Shown: positions 1 to 9,477 of the stretch, piece by piece | Layout: each line of letters starts with the position of its first letter | How positions within the stretch are numbered: the first letter of the stretch is position 1 | Source of the DNA: a bacterium | Lineage (GTDB): Bacteria; UBA8248 | Length of the DNA: 64,000 nt | Assembly (NCBI GenBank): GCA_965203325.1 | Contig: OZ241875.1 | Span: forward strand, 3,104,001 to 3,168,000 | Direction of reading: 5' to 3' | Translations under genes and position numbers: made by a program | Notes under the pieces: generated by a model | The model's input: only the letters and a program-made list of their open reading frames with translations | Database searches by the model: none | Told to the model about the DNA's origin: nothing

Positions 1-166
1 CACCTCTTCGAGGGCCGGGCGCACAACCTCTCGCGCAAGGAGAGGGCGCGGCGGCTGATTCTCGATTTTCTCAGCCGTCACCATAGGGCCGAATAAAGGC
101 GGCATCGCCCGTACCCCTGTGATAGGATGCTCGATATCGCAAACTTGAAGCTGGAGGCTCATCTTC

Positions 167-1153
167 ATGCGGATCTGTACGTTCAGCCTGGCGGGCGAGG
201 CGCGCATCGGCGTGTTGTTCGGGGAGAAAATCGCCGATCTGAAACTGGCCTGCGCCCTGTCGCTGGATGAGGAAACAGCGGCGGAGGCCATGGATCGCGT
301 CGAGGCCGAGGTTCCCGATGATTGCGAGGAGTTCATCGAGGATCTGGAACTGAACCGCCCTCTCGCCGAGGAGGCTCTCGAAGCGATCGAGGCGCATTCG
401 GGCAAAAAAGACCCGATCCGCTTCGACGGGATGCAGGTGGTCTATGAACCCGATGAAGTCGAGATTCTCCCTCCCGTCGTGCCGGACACGCTGTTTTGCA
501 TGGCGAGGAACTACGTGGCCCATGCCGCCGAGATGGCGCGCACCGAAGTGGATGATTTCAAGGAGGAACTCCCGCTTTATTGTTTCCTGAAGCCCGCCAC
601 CTGCGTGAGCGGCCCGTATGAGGACGTGCCCGTCTATCCCTCGATGGAAAAGCTCGACTACGAACTCGAACTCGGCGTGCTCATCGGCCAGGGCGGCAAG
701 AACATTCCGGTGGAAAGGGCCATGGACCACGTGGGCGGCTACACCCTGTTCAACGACATGAGCGACCGCACGAGCCTCAACATGGGCAAGTTCATCGACT
801 GGTACGCCATGAAGGCCCCGGACGGCTTCGCCCCCATCGGCCCCTATATCCTGCTCCCCGAAGAGGGGCTCGACCCCCACGATTTGAGGCTCAAGCTCTG
901 GGTGAACGGCGAACTGAGGCAAGACGCCACCACGGGCGACATGGTCTGGCGGGTCGCCGAGCAGGTATCGTATCTCTCGGGGATAGCGACCTTGCGGACG
1001 GGCGACATCATCGGCACCGGCTCTCCTGCCGGCAACGCCGCCTCGTGGGGGGAATATCTCCAGGCGGGCGACCTGATAGAGGGCGAAATCGAGGGTATCG
1101 GGCGCCAGGCTTTTCGAATCAAGAGTGAAAGCCCCGAATATACGCCGGGCTAG
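167..1153 (+). CDS. Fumarylacetoacetate hydrolase family protein
   Basis: FAH motifs RNY..H, FLKP, LDYELELGV, YTLFNDMSDR, K..DGFAPIGP, GDIIGTGSPAG; RBS GGAGG upstream. Confidence 0.9.
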   Translation: MRICTFSLAGEARIGVLFGEKIADLKLACALSLDEETAAEAMDRVEAEVPDDCEEFIEDLELNRPLAEEALEAIEAHSGKKDPIRFDGMQVVYEPDEVEILPPVVPDTLFCMARNYVAHAAEMARTEVDDFKEELPLYCFLKPATCVSGPYEDVPVYPSMEKLDYELELGVLIGQGGKNIPVERAMDHVGGYTLFNDMSDRTSLNMGKFIDWYAMKAPDGFAPIGPYILLPEEGLDPHDLRLKLWVNGELRQDATTGDMVWRVAEQVSYLSGIATLRTGDIIGTGSPAGNAASWGEYLQAGDLIEGEIEGIGRQAFRIKSESPEYTPG

Positions 1154-1247
1154 TTCTCCTGGCGGTTGATTCGCATCCGTTTGCGCATTAAGATTTTCGC
1201 ATCGATCAATGGAATTCCGAATCGCTGAAACCCGAGAGGGGACCCTC

Positions 1248-2615
1248 ATGAATCCAGCCATAGCCGAAGCCGAATCCCTGCGGACGATGGACAAGGAACA
1301 CGTCTGGCATCCGCTCATGAACCATTCCGGGATGGAGGAAAATCCCCTCGACGTCGTGGTCAAGGCCAGGGGTTCGACCATCCAGGACGCCTCGGGCAAG
1401 GAATACATCGACGCCATGGCGGGGCTTTGGTGCGTGAACATCGGCTACGGGCGCGACGAGGTGGCCAAGGCGGCCTACGAGCAGATGTTGGAATTGGCCT
1501 ATTACCCGCTGACGCAGGTGAACCCGCCCGCGGCGAGGCTTGGCCAAAGGCTCGCTTCCTTGCTGCCCGAGGGCGTCGAGCGCGTCTGGTTCGTCAATTC
1601 CGGCTCAGAAGCCGTGGACACGGCCATCAAGATCGCCCGCGCCTATGGACGCTTAAACGGCGGGAGGCGATACAAGGTCATCGCCCGCCACCAAGGCTAT
1701 CACGGGGCGACCATCGGAGGCGCCAGCCTCACCGGCCAGACGCTCCGGCGCGCGATGTTCGAGCCGCTGCTCCCGGGCGTGATTCACGTGAGCGCGCCCT
1801 ATTTCTACCGAAGCAACGCGGATACCGAGGAAGAACTCGCCCGCCGGTGCGCGGACGAGTTGGATGAGGTCATCCGCTACGAAGACCCCGAGACCGTGGC
1901 GGCGTTCATCGCGGAGCCCGTCATCGGCGGCGGCGGGGTGATTCCCCCGCCAGCGGATTACCTGAAGCGCATGCGCGAGGTGTGCCGGAACCACGGCGTG
2001 TTGTTCATCGCCGATGAGGTCATCACAGGATTCGGGCGGACGGGGCAGCTCTTCGCCTCGGACCTCTACGAGATCGAGCCGGACATCATGACGATGGCCA
2101 AGGGGCTGAGCAGCGCCTATCTGCCCATCGGGGCGACGGCGACCACGAACGAGATATTCGAGGCCTTAAACGCCGAGGGCGACACCGGGTTCCTGCAGAT
2201 AAACACCTACGGCGGGCACCCCGTCGCCTGCGCGGCGTCGCTCAAGAACCTCGAGATCATGATGGACGAGGAATTGCCCGCGCGCGGCGCCAAGGTGGGC
2301 GCATATCTCGGCGGGCTTTTGGGCAAGCTCTCCGACATCCCCTGCGTGGGCGACGTGCGGGGCGTGGGCCTTATCTGGGGCGTGGAGTTGATAGAAGAGA
2401 GCGGCGCGCCGCTCTCCACGGCGGCCACGGCGAAGGTGCTGGCATACGCGAAGGAGCAAGGCGTGATCTTCGGCAAGAACGCCGGCATCGCGGCGGGCCC
2501 TTCGAACACCGTCACCATCAGCCCGCCGCTGGTCTTGACCGAAGAGGAAGCCGAGCGCGCCGCCTCCGCTCTCGACACCGCCCTGCGCCGCGTTCAGGCG
2601 GAGAGCGGAGCCTGA
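1248..2615 (+). CDS. Class III (omega-amino acid/polyamine type) PLP aminotransferase
   Basis: DAMAGLWCVNIGYG, NSGSEA, YHG, FIADEVITGFGRTG, AKGL (PLP lysine), TYGGHP; start placed at the ATG after GAGGGG (track gives 1209). Confidence 0.9.
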   Translation: MNPAIAEAESLRTMDKEHVWHPLMNHSGMEENPLDVVVKARGSTIQDASGKEYIDAMAGLWCVNIGYGRDEVAKAAYEQMLELAYYPLTQVNPPAARLGQRLASLLPEGVERVWFVNSGSEAVDTAIKIARAYGRLNGGRRYKVIARHQGYHGATIGGASLTGQTLRRAMFEPLLPGVIHVSAPYFYRSNADTEEELARRCADELDEVIRYEDPETVAAFIAEPVIGGGGVIPPPADYLKRMREVCRNHGVLFIADEVITGFGRTGQLFASDLYEIEPDIMTMAKGLSSAYLPIGATATTNEIFEALNAEGDTGFLQINTYGGHPVACAASLKNLEIMMDEELPARGAKVGAYLGGLLGKLSDIPCVGDVRGVGLIWGVELIEESGAPLSTAATAKVLAYAKEQGVIFGKNAGIAAGPSNTVTISPPLVLTEEEAERAASALDTALRRVQAESGA

Positions 2616-2666
2616 TGCGATAGCCGATAATCCGGTCTTATTCGCTATCCTTTTGGGAGATTTCAT

Positions 2667-3338
2667 ATGTCCAACATCACGATGCTCGACATCGAGGATC
2701 TGAAGAAGACGAAGCTGGCGCCGTTCGTGAACAAGGCGCTCAAACACCGCGCGCCCGACCCCGCCTTTCACGCCATGCAGGGCCACAACGAGGATTTGGC
2801 GAAGTCGATGTACCTCGCGTGGGGTACGGTGTTCAACACCGGCGTCATCGACCACAAGCTCAAGGAGATCATCCGCGTTCAGCTCTCGCGCCGCGCCTTT
2901 TGCAACTACTGAGGGAACGTGCGCTCTGCTTCGGCGAAGCAGGCCGGCCTGACGGAAGAGATGATAGACGAGGGCATCGACAACTGGCGCGAGAGTGAGC
3001 TTTTCACCGAAGCCGAAAAACTCGCGCTCGAATACAGCGAACTCATGGATTCGGAACCCGAGAAGATTGACGAGGCCTTCTACGCGAGGCTTCGCGAGCA
3101 CTACTCGGATGAGGAGATCGTGGAACTCGGCTCCTTCATCGGCTTCAACGTGGGCTACCACACCTTTTTCAGGACGCTCGATTTCTACCCCATGTTCACC
3201 CCCGACGGGCGGCTGGTGAGTCAGGAGGAATCGCGCCGCGTCTACGGCGATTGCCCCGTCTCGCACATGAGCGGGCCGCTTGAGCGCGCGCTCGAAGAGG
3301 GCGAGGCGCAACAGGCAGGCGGAAGCCAGGAGGGGTAG
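2667..3338 (+). CDS. AhpD/carboxymuconolactone decarboxylase-like protein, predicted selenoprotein (C-N-Y-U; TGA 2910-2912 read as Sec), 223 aa
   Basis: ORFs 2667-2912 and 2919-3338 are in the same frame, separated by one TGA at the second redox position of CxxC; the joined protein aligns across the TGA with the downstream paralog. Confidence 0.85.
2913..2945 (+). promoter_or_regulatory. Candidate bacterial SECIS element
   Basis: Stem CTGCTTC (2926-2932)/GAAGCAG (2936-2942) with a G-containing apical loop about 21 nt after the TGA. Confidence 0.6.
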
Positions 3339-3340
3339 CC

Positions 3341-3946
3341 ATGCCGATCATCGAGCCGCTCGAACCCGAAGGAATTGAAGAGAAGAACTGGAAGCGCGTC
3401 ATGGAGCGCACCGCCGAGACCCAGGCGCCCGATGCGCTTTTCTCGCGCGTGATGGCGCATGCGCCCGGTTACGCCGGACCCCTGCACGACGCCATGCACC
3501 GCTCCCACGCCATGGGCGGGGTGGAGCACAAGCTCAAGGAGATGATTCGCATCCAGCTCGCCAGGACCGCGCAGGACACCTACTTCGCGAACCTGCGCTC
3601 CGAGCAGGCGAAAAAAGAAGGTCTGACGGAAGAACGCATCGAGGCCGCCTGCGGCGATTTCGAGAACGACCCGCAGTTCACCGAAGCCGAGAAGTGGGCG
3701 CTCCGCTATTCCTACTGGATGTACCGGGACGCCGCGAAGCTCGACAAGGAATTCTACGACGAAGGCAAGAAGCACTTTTCAGAAGCCCAGATCATGGAGA
3801 TCGGCGCGATGGTGGCGATTCACTATGGTTTCCAGGTCTTCATGCGCACGCTCAAGGCTTATCCCTTGCACGATCCCGAGGGAAACCCGGTGACGCAGGC
3901 GCAGTCCGAGCAGATTTACGGTGAAGACGTGCCCCTGCCTTCTTGA
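3341..3946 (+). CDS. AhpD/CMD-like paralog lacking the redox motif
   Basis: HKLKEMIRIQLAR..DTYF.N.RS..AK..GLTEE.I and FTEAEK.AL.YS match the upstream protein; DTYF replaces CNYU. Confidence 0.8.
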   Translation: MPIIEPLEPEGIEEKNWKRVMERTAETQAPDALFSRVMAHAPGYAGPLHDAMHRSHAMGGVEHKLKEMIRIQLARTAQDTYFANLRSEQAKKEGLTEERIEAACGDFENDPQFTEAEKWALRYSYWMYRDAAKLDKEFYDEGKKHFSEAQIMEIGAMVAIHYGFQVFMRTLKAYPLHDPEGNPVTQAQSEQIYGEDVPLPS

Positions 3947-4062
3947 GTTTTTCTGTTGAGCGGAAAGTCCCCATGAATCGATGGAGGTGCGATGGTTTTG
4001 CAGGGGGTAAATGCGATGCCACCCGCAATCCCTCCCGCATGGGTTGAGGCCGTCCATAACAC

Positions 4063-4270
4063 CGTCATTCCGGCATGCGCCGGAATGACGATCCGAGGCG
4101 AATGACGTGTATGCCTGTAGGGGCCGTTCGTGAACGGCCCTTGCCGGAGAAACGGGCGCTTCACGAAGCGCCCCTACGGGTTCGTTTCCAAACGCAAGAG
4201 ATGCGTAGGAGCGGGTTTTCTCCCACCCGGGCATCGCTTTGGAGTCGGACACCGAGGGTGGCCGGAATGA
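4063..4270. repeat. Cluster of palindromic REP-like elements
   Basis: CGTCATTCCGGC-ATGC-GCCGGAATGACG (4063-4090); GTAGGGGCCGTTCGTGAACGGCCC (4117-4140); GGGCGCTTCACGAAGCGCCCCTAC (4154-4177). Confidence 0.75.
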
Positions 4271-4550
4271 TCGAATCGATGCGGTGAAGCCGGATCGCGC
4301 CGAACTCGTCAGTATCTCCGGTGAAAAAAATTCTTGAATCCCTCCCTCTCTCCATGCTCTAATGAGTGCGTCAGCACCACGACAGCGAACGTCCATGCCC
4401 GGAGGCGCGTATGCAGACCCACATTCCGCCTCGAACCGACCGCCATCTCGCGCGTCATGTTCCGCCCGCCTCCGTTGCAGCCCTACCCCCCGGCGCCATA
4501 GAAAATGCCTTTGAAAAACAAGCGGATTTCACCAGAATTGGAGCGAACCC

Positions 4551-5957
<1,407 letters not shown>

Positions 5958-6029
5958 GGCGGGAGAGTTGCCGACTATGGAGCTCTTGATTCTTGAAGCG
6001 TGATTCTTTCGTCGGGTACTCAGAAAGAT

Positions 6030-6059
6030 AAAAGCGCCCGCCGTCCCGCGGGCGTTTTT
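6030..6059. terminator. Bidirectional intrinsic terminator between amt and the toxin gene
   Basis: AAAAGCGCCCGC-CGTCCC-GCGGGCGTTTTT between convergent genes. Confidence 0.7.
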
Positions 6060-6481
6060 CATGCGTGGGAATACAGAGTGAAATCCCTGTCGAGCCATAA
6101 GACATGGAACGTGGTTCTGTCTCGATATCCCACCATGGGGCGTCTGCCGAAAAAACGGAAAGCAAGGAGGTTCACCTCGTCCGTGATGTGTGGCGGCATC
6201 GATGCCTTGATTTGATTTCGAGGTATCTTTTCATATCCGGTTGCGTGTCTGTTCGAGCTCGCGATCTGATTCCAGGTCAATCGACTCAATTTGTCGAGGG
6301 TGTCGGCGAAGGCGGCTTTTTCGTCTCTTTGACAATTTTTCAGGGAATGTTCCCTTTGACTCAAATAGCGAAGCGAAAACTTGGGCGGGAGCGTTTGCGG
6401 GGAAACGCCGCGAGAAGAACCGGGTTTTATTCTCTCCCCTTTGTTCCTTCTGTCTTTGGGCCTAATCCGTCTCTTCCCCAT
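6059..6481 (-). CDS. Putative toxin partner of the Panacea antitoxin (basic, possibly RelE/MqsR-like RNase fold)
   Basis: Overlaps the 3' end of the DUF4065 gene; highly basic; ends FRF....PMVGYR....FHVLWLD..FTLYSH. Confidence 0.55.
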   Translation of the reverse strand: MGKRRIRPKDRRNKGERIKPGSSRGVSPQTLPPKFSLRYLSQREHSLKNCQRDEKAAFADTLDKLSRLTWNQIASSNRHATGYEKIPRNQIKASMPPHITDEVNLLAFRFFGRRPMVGYRDRTTFHVLWLDRDFTLYSHA

Positions 6482-6914
6482 TTTCCATCTGGGCCTTGAA
6501 ATACGTTTTCATGGATCGGTTCGAGATGGCTTCCCTTTTCTCGGAAGCGACTCGCCAAGGCGCATCTTCGTGCGTCATGTTTCTCAGCTTCCAGGCCGAA
6601 AATTGTCCGTAGACGTCATAGACCTCATCGAGAAATTCCTTTTCTTCGTCGTTGAATTTGCTGAAATCCATGTTTTCGGGGTTCGGAATCGGAGCGGAGC
6701 CGTATTCCTTGTATTCCCGGAACAGGTTCGGGATGACGGGACCATACAGCCATGCCTCGATGCGGTCCTCGAACAGCGGCTCGTCATAAAGCGCCAGATG
6801 ATAGCCCTGCGCATAGTAGACGAGCTTTTGCAATTTCATGTTCGAGATCAGATCGCCCGCGTCCTCATCCTGAAGCGAGAGAAAATACTCGGCTACGTCT
6901 TTGCAGGTAAGCAA
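6462..6914 (-). CDS. Panacea/DUF4065 (SocA/GepA-like) antitoxin
   Basis: DVAEYF, ISNMKLQKLVYYAQG, LFEDRIEAW.YGPV..L, LRNMTHE..PW; TTG start preceded by GAGGA. Confidence 0.88.
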   Translation of the reverse strand: MLTCKDVAEYFLSLQDEDAGDLISNMKLQKLVYYAQGYHLALYDEPLFEDRIEAWLYGPVIPNLFREYKEYGSAPIPNPENMDFSKFNDEEKEFLDEVYDVYGQFSAWKLRNMTHEDAPWRVASEKREAISNRSMKTYFKAQMENGEETD

Positions 6915-7075
6915 TGGAGTTCCTCGAAAGAAAACAAGCATGGAATGAGGGGCGGTGTCCGCCCGGCGCGTATACGTCTGAAAATTGTATATACCGCAAA
7001 AACGCCTTGTCAACGAAAAGCGGAGGCGTTTCGTCGAACGCCCTCGCCGATGGTTTCCGAGCGGCTTTCTTCTCC

Positions 7076-7828
7076 TCACCCCAACCCGAAATACGCCTGG
7101 ATGCGTCGGGCCGCTTCCTGGGAGACGCCCGTCATCACCTCAGCCACGCGCTCGGGCGAAGTGTCCTCAATCACGCCGTACCAGCCCGATTCGTACATGT
7201 CGCGCACGTCCCTGGGGATGTAGTAGACCGCCGGGTCGCGCCGGGCCGCGTCGCTCTTGGCTCCGTGGTCCATGGGGGATGCGTCCGTGGCGAGTTCCAG
7301 GTGCGCGAGTTCGGGTCTGTCGGCGAGCACAGGCAGGACTTCGAGTTCTCCGCCGTGGGTGAGGCCCACCTTCTCTCCGTAGAGGTTCTTGGCGATGAAG
7401 TGCGCGTGAACGATGAGTATCCGCAAACCCTCGTGTGCGTTCTGGGCGTCTTCGGCGGCGATTTCCATCGCCGGCAGGTTGCGCTCGTGCCAGTTCAGGA
7501 ACACTACCTTCCGCGCCCCGTGCTGGTGGAGACTGCCGACGACGTCGCGCATCAGGCGGATCATGGTCTCGGAGCGAAGCGACACCGTGCCGCCGAAGCC
7601 CATGTGCAGGGGGGTGACGCCGAAGGGGCAGAAATCGACCAACAATCCGCCCGTGATGGCCGCGACCCGCCTCGCGAAAGATTCCGCCGCATAGTAGTCC
7701 GTCCCCATCGGCAGGTGGGCGCCGTGCTGCTCCACACTGCCCAAGGGAATGATGGCGAGGCCGGTTTCCTCCAAAATCTTCTCGGCCTCGGGGTTCGTCA
7801 TCTCCATCAGCGTGCGCGCTTTTTCCAT
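7076..7828 (-). CDS. Creatininase/creatinine amidohydrolase family protein
   Basis: PLGSVEQHGAHLPMGTD, GTVSL, HGGELE. Confidence 0.88.
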   Translation of the reverse strand: MEKARTLMEMTNPEAEKILEETGLAIIPLGSVEQHGAHLPMGTDYYAAESFARRVAAITGGLLVDFCPFGVTPLHMGFGGTVSLRSETMIRLMRDVVGSLHQHGARKVVFLNWHERNLPAMEIAAEDAQNAHEGLRILIVHAHFIAKNLYGEKVGLTHGGELEVLPVLADRPELAHLELATDASPMDHGAKSDAARRDPAVYYIPRDVRDMYESGWYGVIEDTSPERVAEVMTGVSQEAARRIQAYFGLG

Positions 7829-7832
7829 CGTT

Positions 7833-8258
7833 CTATGGCTCCTCGTCTTGCTCCTGAGCCGATGCGGGAAGCGGCCCTTTGGTTTCCATGAGTTCGATCA
7901 CCACCCCGTCGGGCCCCTGGAAGTAGAGGTATTTGAGGTGCGGCATGTCGTCTTCCTCGATGATGGGAACGCCGCGCCCGGTGAGGGTCGCGCGGGCGGC
8001 CTCGAGTTCTCCCTCGCCCACGTAGAAGCCGATGTGGTCGACGCCCAGCCGGGGGGTGCGGCCCGGCGGGTCGGGATTTTCTCCGGGCCGGACGCCCCGA
8101 ACGATGAGCATCCCGCCGCCGATCATGAGCTTGGTCTGGGGCGCTCCTTTGCGCTCGCGCGAGTCGACGACGCGCGCCCCCAGGATTTCGCGGTAGAAGC
8201 GCACCGCCTCGTCGTGGTCCGTATGGAGGATGTGCGCGTGCTCGTAGATGAGTTTCAT
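7833..8258 (-). CDS. VOC/glyoxalase family protein
   Basis: EHAHI..D...AVRFYREILG, GVDHIGF.V, YFQGPDGVVIELME; start moved to MKLIYE. Confidence 0.85.
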   Translation of the reverse strand: MKLIYEHAHILHTDHDEAVRFYREILGARVVDSRERKGAPQTKLMIGGGMLIVRGVRPGENPDPPGRTPRLGVDHIGFYVGEGELEAARATLTGRGVPIIEEDDMPHLKYLYFQGPDGVVIELMETKGPLPASAQEQDEEP

Positions 8259-8593
8259 GGCGGTTCTTCTTTCAGGCGCGCCGGGAGGGCGCGCGCTCGA
8301 TAAAATTTTCCCGTTCGTGACTGAAGCCGGACGACCCGCATTCTGGCGCAAAAGACCCTTTTTTTGAAGAGAGGGCCGCGAATTTCGCCTCCCCTGGAGG
8401 CGGTGAAGCCCTGGAAGCGAGGCCGGTGGGACGTCGTCGCCGCACGCCGGGGAACGCCCGGTGCTTTGCGAATCGGGGCGAATCGTTGTATACACACTTC
8501 TTCCAACCCAACCCGGCCGCCAATGCGGGAAGGCTCGAGGAGGAGCCGGGCGGAGGGGTTTGGATGATCAACATCCCGCTGGAGGCAATTCCT

Positions 8594-9390
8594 GTGGCGC
8601 AAGCAGTATGCAACGGAGTCCAGATTTCCTACGACGACAATGGCATGAGCACCCCGACCCCTCCCATCGTCTTCATACATGGGCACGGGCTGAACCGCTC
8701 GATGTGGGAGCGCCAGAAACTCGCGCTCCGGGGCACGCAACGGGTCCTGACGTATGACCTGAGAGGGCATGGCCGATCGGAAAAACCCCCGACGGGATAC
8801 GGCCGCGACATCGAGGTCGCGGACCTCCTCGATTTGATCGAGCATACTCGCATCCCCAAGGCCCACCTCGTGGGCTTGAGCCGCGGCGCCGGAATCGCCC
8901 TCGCCTTCGCCGCGGCGCACCCCGACAGGACGGCGTCGGTCATCGCGATGGGACCGGTTATGACTATCCCCGCCTCATGCCCGAGTTCGCCGATCAGAGG
9001 CTCCAGACCATGGCCACCCTGAGAGCCGAGGGGCTGCGGGCGGCCAAGGATTACTGGGCGGACCTGCCCATCTTCGCTTCGGTGAGAGAAAACGAGGACG
9101 CCGCCGATTGGGCGGAGGACATGCTCCTCACCTATACGGGCGCGCATTGGCTCGACCAGAATCCTCCGCAGGATGCCTCGCTCGCGAACATCGCCGCCAA
9201 AGTCACGGCGCCCACGCTCCTCATGGTGGGCGAGAAGGATTTGCCCGGCTTCCATGACTGCGCGGACGAATTGGCCGCGAAGATAGAGGGCGCCGAGAAG
9301 GTGGTGGTTCCGGGCGTGGGGCACCTGATGGCGATCGAGGACACCGAAGCGGTGACGGAGCACATCTCCGCGTTCCTGGCGAAACAATAG
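8594..9390 (+). pseudogene. Alpha/beta hydrolase split by a single frameshift near 8950-8955 (pseudogene or sequence error)
   Basis: N-half has FIHG, YDLRGHGRS and GLSRG; C-half in another frame has PTLLMVGEKD and GVGHL; GTG start after GGAGG. Confidence 0.75.
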
Positions 9391-9477
9391 GGGAAGATTC
9401 CGAATCGCGCACGCTCTTCTCTTCGGGCGGCACGACACGGAACGGAGTGATTTTCTGAGAACGGGACGCGGCGGAGA

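Noticed and set aside
71..1441. 456-aa minus-strand ORF and similar long shadow ORFs (18989-20548, 33556-35076, 42289-44340, 47912-50131, 57081-58478, 62346-63980)
   Set aside because: Antisense or off-frame to well-supported genes; expected in high-GC DNA; no family motifs
2667..3338. Two separate small genes (81 aa and 139 aa) or a nonsense pseudogene
   Set aside because: Same frame, TGA at the CxxC redox position, a downstream hairpin and colinearity with the paralog all favour Sec readthrough
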